Source of the DNA: Octopus vulgaris
Lineage: Eukaryota
DNA: 64,000 bases
Direction of reading: 5' to 3'
Assembly: GCA_951406725.2 (NCBI GenBank)
Contig: OX597820.1
Location: 57,040,001 to 57,104,000, forward strand
How positions within the stretch are numbered: the stretch's first letter is position 1; each line of letters begins with the position of its first letter. Under the pieces are notes generated by a model. The model saw nothing but the letters and a program-made list of their open reading frames with translations, did not search any database and was not told the DNA's origin. This document shows, piece by piece, positions 51,993 to 64,000 of this stretch. Position numbers and translations under genes: made by a program.

Positions 51993-53253
51993 TGAGGGGG
52001 TACCCAAAAGTAACTGGAAACGTTCTCTGTGGGAGAAGCCAGTTGTAGTTCAGGCTTCAGCTGCTAGAAGCCACTTGATGTGATCTTCAGGCATCAGTAT
52101 GCTGAATGGCGCCATTGAGTGTAGCCCTACTGGCATGTGGTGTGTCATTGGTTTGCAGTGCTTCTCTCCTGTTTGTTGATTTTTGCGATGGCTGAAATGA
52201 AGGAACAGCATGCTTCTGTGAAATTCTGTTTAATGCTGGTGAAGACAGCAGCCAAAACAGTTGTCATGTCTCAAACAGTTTTAAATGTTGCTGCCATGAG
52301 CCAGATGCAAGTTTATGAATGATTTTCATGCTTTAGGAATGGTCACTTGTCACTTGAAGACCAACCTTGTTCAGGGTGTCCGCCGACCTCCCGGACGAAT
52401 GAAAACATCATGTAAATGAAAATTCATGAACTGATCTTGGAGGACTGTCACTGATCTATTGATGAGCTTGTTGATGTGGTTGGTGGGTCTTGGAGCTCCT
52501 GCTAACGAATTTTGAACAAGAAATTCCAAATGAAAAGTGTTGCAGCAAAATCTGTGTCTTGCTTGTTCACAGAAGATCAAAAGCAGTCACAACTGAATGC
52601 CTGTCATGAACTGAAAGAACAGTTGGAAATTGATCTGGACCTTTTTCCAAGGTCATCACTGGTGCTACAGAATTTGCGGATGTGGAAGAGGTGAATAAAA
52701 AAACAATAGAGGCATCTCTTCACATGAGTTCCATCACTGCTTTGAACAGTGGAAAACTTTGAAGGTGATAAAAGTGTAGGCACAGGAGTGGCTGTGTGGT
52801 AAGTAGCTTGCTAACCAACCACATGGTTCCGGGTTCATTCCCACTGCGTGGCATCTTGGGCAAGTGTCTTCTGCTATAGCCCCGGGCCGACCAATACCTT
52901 GTGAGTGGATTTGGTAGACGGAAACTGAAAGAAGCCTGTGGTATATATGTATATATATATATATGTATGTGTGTTTTTGTGTGTCTGTGTTTGTCCCCCT
53001 AGCATTGCTTGACAACCGATGCTGGTGTGTTTACGTCCCCGTCACCTAGCAGTTCGGCAAACGAGACCGATAGAATAAGTACTAGGCTTACAAGAATAAG
53101 TCCCGGGGTCGATTTGCTCGACTAAAGGCGGTGCTCCAGCATGGCCACAGTCAAAATGACTGAAACAAGTAAAAGAAAGAGAAAAGAGAGTATGTAAAAC
53201 CAAGTGAATAAAATAATATTGCAAAATTCTAGTTTCTTTTGGGTACCCTCTCA
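51993..53253 (+). mobile_element. Degenerate mariner with nested family B SINE (52778-53190, +)
   Basis: TIRs tgagggggtacccaaaagtaactgga / tctagtttcttttgggtaccctctca with TA TSD; MAEMKEQHASVKFCLMLVKTAAKT (mariner N-terminus); LEDQPCSGCPPTS. Confidence 0.88.
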
Positions 53254-53737
53254 TATGTAGCAAGATGTGCCTCAAAAATAATAAAATTAAGTTTTAAAAG
53301 TATGAAAATGCAAACTAAAATTGTAAATATCCTTATCATCAAGTTTGAGTTTGGTCAGATTAAAAAGTTCTTAATATAAAGTCTTGATAACTAAGCTATT
53401 TTCATTGACTTAAGAATTAAGTTATAATTATCTGAAATTTGAAATTAATTATATTTATAAGTGATAGTGTCATGTAAAAAGCACTGGTGCTGGTAGCACG
53501 TAGAAAGCACTGATGCTGTGCCACATAGAAAGAACCCAGTACACTCTTTAAACTGTTTGGCATTACAAAAGGCATCCAGCTGTAAAAAAAACCATGCCAT
53601 GACAGGTAATGGAACCTGACACATCCCCAGCCTTGCCAGCTCCTGTTAAACCGTCCAACCCATATCAACATGGAAAACAGACATTAAACAATGCTGATGA
53701 TAATAGGCTAAGATTTATAAATACCACCTTTTAAATA

Positions 53738-53910
53738 CTGTATTTGATGGCATAAGATACTCTTTTTCTCCACCAAAATTTCTCAAAAGTCACCTTGGGT
53801 CCTATAAACTTTAAAGCACTAGAATTTTTTGCTCTGAAGTCTTGGCTATGAACTACTGAAATTGGGGTGCATCTAATGTACCTATGCATCTTCTATGCCA
53901 TCAAACACAG
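53738..53910. mobile_element. pogo/Tigger-like MITE
   Basis: TIRs ctgtatttgatggcataagat / atcttctatgccatcaaacacag, TA flanks. Confidence 0.7.
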
Positions 53911-55568
53911 TAAATATCTTTGACTTTATGCACAGAGTGTCCTAAACTATTTGTGTTTAATCTAAAATGGACTAAAGATGAAAGGGTCCGTGGTACATTG
54001 CACTAAGTTGTAGCCAGTCTAGTGAAATTCATCTCTTTCTTTCCAGTGTTGTACACTTATGGCAAGATCTGAACTCCTTGGACACACCATGCATTTATTT
54101 TCTTGTTTTCTGTAGTTTGGGGCAATTTTTTTTGCATTTTCCATTCCACTGACATCACTATAAGCAGATACTGACAAAATATTGATGTTAATACAATCAA
54201 CAACACTCCACTCTCACCATCTAAAAATTTTGTCTTCTACTGAATCCAAAGAAATTAGCTATACTGTTCTCACAGTTTACAATTCTGACATATACATACC
54301 ATACATATTCATGATACATATTTGCAGTGTAACAGCTTTACTTTTGATGGCTACATGACTTTGATCAACATATCCTTAGAAATACGATAAGCCGAATCAA
54401 TCCTTTAAATGGTGGTCTAGAATTTTATTTACTCAACTAGTTCTGACACAAAAGCAAAATATATTTGCTCAAAGATGGCCTTGCTAACCATAGACATAAT
54501 TTGTGATACCACTTTACTAATTTGGCCTCAGATAATTTTATTACATGGTTTCACACGATTTTCAAGGCTTCATGCTTTAACATGATACTAAAATATATCC
54601 CATGATACTGTTCTCAATACAGAGGCAAATCACTCAAATGAATTAGATAGCGTATCAGCTCATTTCATTATGTCCCAGAGTAGAATATTTTACTCTACAC
54701 GCCTCAGTTCACCTGGTTATATAGAATAGGGTGTAATATCATTAGGGAATGTTTCTTGTTATAGATTGATATGCTATTCTGGTGGAAATTTTTTTTCCAT
54801 CTGTTTTATTCTTTATAAGGAAAATGAAACTAAACCTATCAATGGTCTTCTTTTTTTTTTCTTTCCAGTTTTACTATTTTTGGGGCATCATATTGCTTCT
54901 GTCCAGAGATGACAGCTACAAAAGTACATATTCACATCAAAAATAACCACAGAATCGATTTTCTCTGATGAAATTAAAACTGTGCATGGGTCTTGCCTAT
55001 CTCTGTCTCTCGTGTCATTTCTCTGTCAATACACCAAGTCAGACTGGATCAAAAGTAAATGAAATACATGAATTTTCCATGTGTACTCTTTAGCAATATT
55101 TCACATCCACATAGTGATTCTTTAGTCAGCACTTCAAAAAATATGCTTAGCTGAGGAGATCTAATAAGACTTAAATATGTCCAGAGTTGTCTCCTACATT
55201 TGCTGAATAATTAAGATATTGGTTTCAAATTTTGGTAGAAGACTGGCACTTTTAGGGGTTTGGTTAAATCGATTATATTGACCTCAGTACTCAACTCATA
55301 CTTATTTTGGAATAATTAAAATATTGATTTCAAATTTTGGCACAAAACTAGCAATTTCAAGGGAGGGGGTGAGTCAATGACATCGACCCCAGTGCCCAAC
55401 TGGTACTTATTTTATTGACCCCAAAAGGATGAAAGGCAAAGTTGACCACAGCAGAATTTGATCTTAGAATGTAAAGCAGGACAAACTACTGCTAAGCATT
55501 TTGCCCGGCATGCTAATGATTCAGCCTCTTTGCAGCTATAGAATAAATTTTAAAAAATATTATTAGTC

Positions 55569-55990
55569 AGGTGCAGGAATGGCTGTGTGGTAAGTAGCTT
55601 GCTTACGAACCACATGGTTCCAAGTTCAGTCCCACTGAGTGGTACTTTGAGCAAGTGTCTTCTACTATAGCCTCAGGCCGACCAAAGCCTTGTGAATGGA
55701 TTTGGTAGACAGAAACTTAAAGAAGCCCATTGTATATACGTATATGTATATATATGTATGTGTGTGTTTGTGTATCTGTGTTTGTCCCCCCCCCCCCAAC
55801 ATCGCTTGACAACCGATGCTGGTGTGTTTACTTCCCCATAACTTAGTGGTTCAGCAAAAGAGATTTATAGAATAAGTACTAGGCTTACAAAGAATAAGTC
55901 CTGGGGTCGATTTACTTGACTAAAGGCTGTGCTCCAGCATGGCCACAGTCAAATGACTGAAACAAGTAAAAGAGTAAAAAGAGAAAGAGA
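55569..55990 (+). mobile_element. SINE family B, full length
   Basis: Homology to 48906-49312. Confidence 0.88.
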
Positions 55991-57647
55991 GTCACTGAGC
56001 TAACGTTTTTTTTTTTTTCAGTGCATAATAATTTCTAATTGGGTTTGAGTAAACCAGTTGAATAGTCCTTCACCCTTTATATGGTATATCCATGTAAGTT
56101 AATAGGTTCAGCTAATGAGTCACTCATAAATTTTGCTGTGATGTTATTTTTTGTTAGTTGTTGTTTTATGGTAACTGTTTGCAGTTATGTGCATTGGAGC
56201 CCTTTGAAATTTAAATTATTTGACCATAAATACAATGCAGCTAATGACAAGGTATAAACCAATGACTCACAGCTGATCATCTGGCACCCTACTCACATGA
56301 CTGCACAGTCTCTGATCTGGCCCTAATCACTAATGAATAACAATATAACCGCTACCACCATGTATAATCTTTCTTACACCATCATTACCCTCACCCTGAC
56401 TACAAGTCTCATCTTCATGACCACCACTACGAAAACCCATCATTGTGGTCATCACGATCATCATCACCACCAACATCACCGATGACAGTATGTAGTTTGT
56501 CCTTGTGTGTGTATGTGCCATGGCGGGGTGGGGATCATGTCCTTCCGAACTGGCATTTGATTCGTTGATTTTAATATTTATAGCTTTGTTTGATTCCCTG
56601 CTTTCATCAACATTGTACTAAGCTGCCCTCCCATACATGCATCTCTGCTATCATTATATTCATTATAATCATCCTTTAAATACTCCCTCCATCATCATCA
56701 ACATCATCACTATTATCACTATCTTCACTCCCACCACCACCACCACCATCATCATCACCATCATTGTAAAATTGCAATTACCAAAACCAACAAAATATAA
56801 ATTTTAAAAGCAGCTAAAATCTTTAACCTAATAAAATTTAAAAAAAAACGAAAACAACCCCATAAAATGATTATTTCTTCTCACTTTATGAATGAGAAGA
56901 GGCTCTCTTTTTGTGGCCATCTCCTCTCTCTCCCCTTTCAACTTTGGCATTCAGATAAGTCTAGCCTTACTCCTGACTCATGGCTCTTATCTCTCTCCTC
57001 TCATCATTAATTATGTTTTATTTACAGCTGCATTTTTTTGGAGTGTGGGGGGTCTAATTAGACAGTTCCTTTATTTAAGGGACACATTGACCTCTCTGAC
57101 CTCCCTCATACCAAACAATATCTGAGTAGTTGCCTGCTAGCTCGTGGTGTTGTTGCTAACCTTCTGTAGTAGTAGTTGTTGTAGTATGACCCTAGGACAT
57201 CTCTGATCAAGCACTCCTATGGTCTGCAGATAGTCGACTAAGTCCAACCCACAGATACCTGTTTCAAATTATACCCTACTGCTGCCTAAATGAGGACCCT
57301 ACTACACATTCCGACATGCAGTGATGAATTATGTGAAGATGCACTGCACAACTACACAATACACAATACACTGCACAACTTGCACTCTCTGCACCATCCA
57401 ATCTATTGCTGAATCCATCATCAACACAAATTAACACTTTCACATTCAGAGTAATCAGTCAAATGCGATGTTTATTTCTTCACATTGTTTTGAATTAATC
57501 GCGCAACATTACATAGCTTGAAGGTTTCAATAACATGATTGATTTAGAAGGGCATTGTGCATTAAAGAATGAGAAGCCAGGTCTGGCTGGTTTAACCCTT
57601 TAGCATTCAAATTACTCTGTCAAGCATATTATCATCATCATCATCAT

Positions 57648-57830
57648 AGGCATAAGAGTGGCTTGTGGTAAGTGCCTTCCTTACGAACGACATGGTTCCG
57701 GGTTCAGTCCTACTGCGTGGCAACTTGGGCACAAGTGTCTTCTACTATAGCCTCAAGCCAACCAAAGCCTTGTGAGTGGATTTGGTAGCCGGAAACTGAA
57801 AGAAGCCCATTGTATATAAATGTATGTGTG

Positions 57831-57865
<35 letters not shown>

Positions 57866-58078
57866 ATATGTTCGTGTCTGTGTTTGTCCCCCTCCCCAAC
57901 ATTGCTTGACAACCGATGCTGGTGTGTTTACGTCCCTATAACTTAGCAGTTCGGTAAAAGAGACCGATAGAATAAGTACCAGGCTAACAAAGAATAAGTA
58001 CTGGGATCGATTTGCTTGACGAAAGGTGGTGCTCCAGTATGGCCACAGTCAAATGACTGAAACAGGTAAAAGAGTAAA
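57648..58078 (+). mobile_element. SINE family B, full length
   Basis: Homology to 48906-49312. Confidence 0.85.
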
Positions 58079-58436
58079 ACAGTATTTAACGACCATTTTC
58101 CACACTGGTGGACGGTTTGACTGAAATCTGGTAAGCTAGGGAGCTGCACTAGGTTTCAATCTGATTTGGCATAGTTTCTTCAGCTGGATGGCCTTCCTAA
58201 CGCAAATCACACCAAGAGTGTAGTGGGTGCTTTTTATGTGCCACCAGCATGGGTACCAGTTATATGACACTGGCATCAGCCATGACTGCAATTTCACCTG
58301 GTTTGATTGGTCTTCCGAAGAATGATATACTGCCAAAGGTCTCGGTCACTTGTCATTGCCTCCACGAGGCCCAACATTCAATGTTTATCTATTCAAATTG
58401 GTTTGAATTAATCATGCATTTACTTGCTGCTTCTAA

Positions 58437-59045
58437 GGCAGCAAGCAGGCAGAAATGTTAGCACGCCGGGCAAAATGCTGAGTGGTATTTTGTCTGCCGC
58501 TACGTTCCGAGTTCAAATTCCACTGAGGTCGACTTTGCCTTAATCGGAGTCGATTAAATAAGTACCAGTTACGCACTGGGGTCGATGTAATCGACTTAAT
58601 CCGTGTGTCTGTCCTTGTTTGTCCCCTCTGTGTGTAGCCCCTTGTGGGTAGTAAAGAAATAGGTATTTTGTCTGCTGTTACGTTCTGAGTTCAAATTCTG
58701 CCGAGGTTGACTTTGCCTTTCATCCTTTTGGGGTCGATAAATAAAGTACTAGTTAAGCACTGGGGTCGATGTAAGCGACTCAATCCATTTGTCTGTCCTT
58801 GTTTGTCCCCTCTGTGTTTAGCGCCTTATGGGAAATAAAGAAATAAGAAATGTTAGCACACCAGGCGAAATGCTTAGTGGTATTTCATCTGTCTTTACAT
58901 TCTGAGTTCAAATTCTGACGAGGTCAACTTTGCATTTCATCCTTTCAGAGTTGATAAATTTAAGTTCCAGTTATGTACTGGGGTCAATTTAATCGACTGG
59001 CCCCCTCCCCCAAAATTTTGGACCTTGTACCTGTAGTAGAAAAGA
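58437..59045 (+). mobile_element. SINE family A tandem/nested trimer
   Basis: Units joined at aaagaaataggtattttgtctgc (about 58655) and aaagaaataagaaatgttagcac (about 58840). Confidence 0.85.
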
Positions 59046-59553
59046 ATATTTTGGTGAGATATGGTCTGTTTAACTGCTAAACATAAAACTGGTAGAATAA
59101 TTTGGCCAGATATGGTCAGTTTAAATACTAAAGGGTTAATGTCTTCTTTGCCATGTTTGCATGGGTCAGATAGAATTTATTGAGGACAGATATTCTAAAG
59201 CTTGAAGCTCTTCCAGTCACCAACTCTCACCTGTTTTATATTTCCCAATGACCAGACATATTTTTTTTACATAGATGGAAGACTGGAAACAAACAACACT
59301 GCTTGTATGCAGGTGATACTCATTTACAATCTTCACACTACTACTACTATCTAAGATGGCAAAATTGTTAGCACATCTGGCAAACTAGTCAGTGGCATCT
59401 CATTTGATTCTTTACATTCTGGGATCAGATTCTGTCAAGCCCTTTCATTCCTCCAGGGTTGATAAAATAAAGTACTGGTCAAGTACTGGAATCAATGTAA
59501 TCAACTTGCCCCCTCCCCTCAAAATTGCTCACCTTGTGCCAAAATTAGAAAGA

Positions 59554-59598
<45 letters not shown>

Positions 59599-60319
59599 AT
59601 TAATATTATTATTTCGTCTGTCTTTACGTTCTGAGTTCAAATTTCGCTGAGGTCGACTTTGCTTTTCATCTTTTTGTGGTCGATAAAATAAGTACCAGTT
59701 GAACCCTGGGGGTTTATGAAATCAATTTATCGCCCCCCCCCCACCACTACCACCACCTCCAACTTACTGCCCTTGAGTCAAAATTTGAAATCATCATCAT
59801 CATCATTGTGGCCACTGTCATCATCATTATCCTCACCACCACCACCATAACCATCACCACCAAGATCATCATTATTATCATCGTCATTATCGTCGTTGTT
59901 GTTATTACCATTATTATCATCATCATTATTATTATTATTGTTATTATTATTATTATCATTATTAGCCATAGTAGTAATTGTAGAAATAATAGTTTATTGA
60001 TCTGTCCATCAAAATTCTAACGAAACAACAGGACCCTTCCCAACTTATTGAAGGAAATTGTAGCAATTCTTACTATGTCCTGCAGGAATAAACTAATTGT
60101 ATCTCCTTCTTCCTTTTTTTTCTTTTTGCATCTGTCCTCAGCTGCCTCCTTCTTCTCTGCCACTTTTCTTCCTATTTTACTTATCATGGTCCTACACTGC
60201 TGAATTCACCCTCCACTGCACCGTCTATCCAGCGCAGTGCCAGTACTTTTCTGACATTTTGTTCTGTCTATAATCAGTCCAGAAATACCAGAACGCAATA
60301 CTAAAGATTCTACTGAAGA

Positions 60320-60371
60320 CACGCACATACATACATGCATACATATATACATATATATGTATGTATATATA

Positions 60372-60414
<43 letters not shown>

Positions 60415-60707
60415 GTGTATGTATATACATATATCTATATATATGTGTATGTATATACATATATATATATATGTGTGTATGTATATACATATATATATGT
60501 GTATGTATATACATATATATATATGTGTGTGTATGTATATACATATATATATGTGTATGTATATACATATATATATGTGTGTATGTATATACATATATAT
60601 ATATGTGTGTATGTATATACATATATATATATATGTATGTATGTATATACGTATATATATGTATATACGTATATATATATATGTATGTATGTATGTATGT
60701 ATATACG

Positions 60708-60740
<33 letters not shown>

Positions 60741-60960
60741 GTATATACGTATATATATATATATGTGTATATATGTATATATGTATATATGTGTGTATAT
60801 ATATATATATATGTATATATATGTATGTATGTATATATGTATATATATGTATGTATATATGTATATATATGTATGCATGTATATACGTATATGTGTATAT
60901 GTATATACATATGTAGACATATACATAGAATGCATTCATACATGCATGCACACATGCACA
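60320..60960. repeat. (TA)/(TG) microsatellite with higher-order atatgtgtatgtatatacat units
   Basis: Direct reading. Confidence 0.95.
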
Positions 60961-61713
60961 CGTGTATGTAGAATATTTATTGATTTTTGAGAAATGGTAA
61001 TATTTTGGAATTTTGGCATCACGCTATTGAGACATACCGCTCTCATCCTCAACATCACCATCACCATCACCACAATCACCGTTGCATTCATCATCATTAT
61101 CAGCATCATTGTTGTCATAATCATCATTGTCATCATGTAATGAAATAAGCTTATTGTTATCATTATTATCATCATCATCATCATCATAATCATCAACATC
61201 ATCTTCATCATCGTTGTCATCATTTTCCTGCTCAGCTTCCTAATCTTCAACCATTGCTCTTGTTGTTAGTCATATTTTTCTTTTATTCTTGGTCCCTAGA
61301 TTATAATATATATCATCGTCATCGTTTAACGTCCATTTTCCATGCTAGCATGGGTTGGAAGCCAAGAGACTGCATCAGGCTCCATTCTGATCTGGCAGTG
61401 TTTCTACAGCTGGATGCCCTTCCTAACACCAACTCCGTGAGTGTAGTGGGTGCTTTTTACATGCCACCGGCACGGAAGCCAGTCGTGGCAGTGCTGGCAT
61501 CAGCCACATTCGAATAGTGCTTAGACTGTGGCCATGCTGGAGTACCATCTCAAAGAATTTTAGGTGATTGAATCACCCCAAGTACTTCTCTTATTTTTTT
61601 TAAAGCTTGGCACTTATCCTATTGGTCTCTTTTGCAGAACTGTAAGTGATGGTGATGAAACCACACCAACAGCAGTTGTCAAGCAGTGTTGGTGGACAAA
61701 CACAGACACAAAA

Positions 61714-61756
<43 letters not shown>

Positions 61757-62189
61757 CACACACACATACACACCTATGTTGTGCTTCTTTCAGTTTTCAC
61801 TCACAAGGCTTTGGTCAGCCCAAGGTTATAGTAGAAGACACTTGTCCAAGATAGATGTATTGGCTCCAATGTATGTCACTATTGTATCATATTGAATCAT
61901 TCTCTTTCTCTCTCTTACCTCTAGTGTAGTATTCTATTGAAGACCTTGCACTGTCTCAGAATCAAATATGCTGTGCTAGAAAATGGATCATAATGTCCCT
62001 TTCCTTCAAGAAATGGAGGTTTGATTGAGATCTTGCAACATCTTGCAACATCTTCTCATGCTCAAAAATCCATGTGAAGAAACCAGAGATAGCAAACACA
62101 GAACAGTTTGTTTTTTTTTATTTTAAAGCATTCGCTTGTTACAAGGTCCTTAGATCACTGAAAACGTAGGAGCTACTAGAATAAAATGG

Positions 62190-62580
62190 ATGCTAGAAAG
62201 AAGTCAATAGGTGACAATGTAAATTAGACTTAAAAGAGTGGAGGTCATATTGAAGAGGAAAAACAAGACTGTGGAAGGGAATTCCAAAGTTCAGAGGTGC
62301 GAGAGAAGGAACTGGTACTGTAAAGTGCTTTATGACACTTAGGAGGTTGCACAGTATACTGATGAGAACTGGATGCAAGTCCAGTTGATTGCTGATAAGT
62401 TCTTAAAGGAGGAACCAGAGAAGAGAGCTCAGCTAAACAATGTCCATGAAAATAGTTATAGAAAAGAGAAAAGGAAACCACATGACGATGATGAGAGAGT
62501 GAATCCAATTTAGAAGATAGATCAGGACCAATAGCATTACAAATACGGTGTTGAATGTTGTCCAAGAGAGTTAAACTGTC
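62190..62580 (-). mobile_element. CR1/Jockey-group LINE 3' ORF2 remnant
   Basis: LDNIQHR...LDSLSHHRHVVSFSLFYNYFHGHC..EL...SSFSRTSELWNSLP, then (frameshift) FPLQYDLHSFKSNL. Confidence 0.8.
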
Positions 62581-63234
62581 AAATTTAAAAAAAAAAAAAA
62601 AAATTTGGCAGGATGGAATGTTTTGGTATTATTGGTCTCTTGGTGGTTCCACAGTAAATATATGCATGGCATCAGTCTACTCATTGTGCCTGTCATTATT
62701 TTTCTGTTTGAAACTGGTTTTTTATAATGCTTTTTTAATCATAAATCTTTAAAATGTAACTGCTAATTTAACCTTATAACGGTGATAAGATCCCAGCAAA
62801 CTGTGAATGTGATGTGACATGTTTGAGCCATATCATCATCATCATCGTCATCAATACCACCATACCATCATCACGTCATCATCATCACTGCTGCCACCAT
62901 TGTCATCATCATCATCGTCATCATCATTTAACACCTGTTCTTCCATACTGCCATGAATGGGATGGTTTGATGGGAACTTGTAAGTCAGAAGACTGCACCA
63001 AGCTCTGCTGTCTGCCTTGGCACAGTTTCTATGGCTGAATGCCCTTCCTAACACCAACCACTTTACAGAGTGTACTGGGTGCTTTTTAGGTGGCACCAGT
63101 AGCAGTGAAGTCATCATGTGACTTGCAGGACAGAGCCCTAAACTGGGGGTAGTACTGTTGAGGGGCAAAAAAGGTGTATTGCATTAGAAGAGCGACATGG
63201 TTACATCAGATGGAGAGAGAGACACACACAGATA

Positions 63235-63274
<40 letters not shown>

Positions 63275-63278
<4 letters not shown>

Positions 63279-63480
63279 ATCCAAACAAGAAAGCACAAAA
63301 CAACACAACAACACGAGGACGTGGAACAGATATAGTATTATTGGACGCTCAGGAAAGAAGGAAAGAAGGAGGGTTTAACGTTTCGAGCGGAGCTCTTCGT
63401 CGGAAACATAGGAGAAGGAAAGATCCAGAGAAGGGAAGACAGAGGGAAAAAAATCGCCAACGGTACACACGAGGTCACAT
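63275..63480 (-). mobile_element. Family E PLE-like fragment with hammerhead-like motif (63373-63407)
   Basis: Reverse complement reads gttt-CCGACGA-a-gagc tcc gctc-GAAACGTT-aaac; near-identical to 1223-1416; within a TA/TG tract. Confidence 0.7.
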
Positions 63481-63856
63481 TTTATGTATATACACACACG
63501 TGTGTATGTATGTATACATATATGATGGACTCTCCTGTCCTTAGACAACATATGACGGTTTGATAATCTCTAACCAAACAACCACACAGATGATTTGTCT
63601 ATAGTGATCAATTGTTTGTGTATACATAAGCTCACTCCCTCCATCAAATCGACATTACCTGTACAGGTGCAACTGGGTGCCACATGTCAGATGCCAAAAT
63701 GATTGCAAAGCGATGTGAAATGAAGTGCTTTGTTCAAGAACACAACACGAAGCCTGGTCTGGGAATCGAACCCATAATCTTGCAATCGTGAGTGCAACAC
63801 CTTAACCACTGAGCCATGTGCCTTCATGTGTACATATCTATCTATCTATCTATCTA

Positions 63857-63899
<43 letters not shown>

Positions 63900-64000
63900 G
63901 AAATGAAGAATGCTGACAAAATAATTTAAGTAAGGGAGAGTGTATTTAATTAGGTGAAAGTTCTTTTTACCGGTTGCGCATTTGTTATGCTTATCAAAAG

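Noticed and set aside
54846-55060. Strong acceptor tcttctttttttttctttccag followed by unique sequence
   Set aside because: All three frames hit stops within about 100 nt and there is no convincing donor; a non-coding exon cannot be supported or excluded.

Overview
AT-rich, repeat-saturated eukaryotic DNA. By inference from the SINE/LINE families and microsatellite load it is a coleoid cephalopod (Octopus-like) intronic or intergenic region. I cannot support any intact protein-coding gene: almost all supplied ORFs are translations of (TA)n/(CA)n/(CAT)n tracts or of transposon remnants. The window contains many copies of three tRNA-headed SINE families, 5'-truncated RTE and CR1/Jockey-like LINE ends, degenerate Tc1/mariner and hAT elements, several MITEs and Penelope-like (PLE) fragments. 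The most unusual signal is a TSD-bounded foldback element present in two copies (21442-21829 and 50946-51948). It has head-to-head tRNA-like Pol III heads, an (AAT)n tract and a Penelope-type minimal hammerhead ribozyme motif. Further hammerhead-like motifs from other families, several foldbacks, and a SINE that appears to insert into sequences resembling itself also occur. All coordinates were read by eye.
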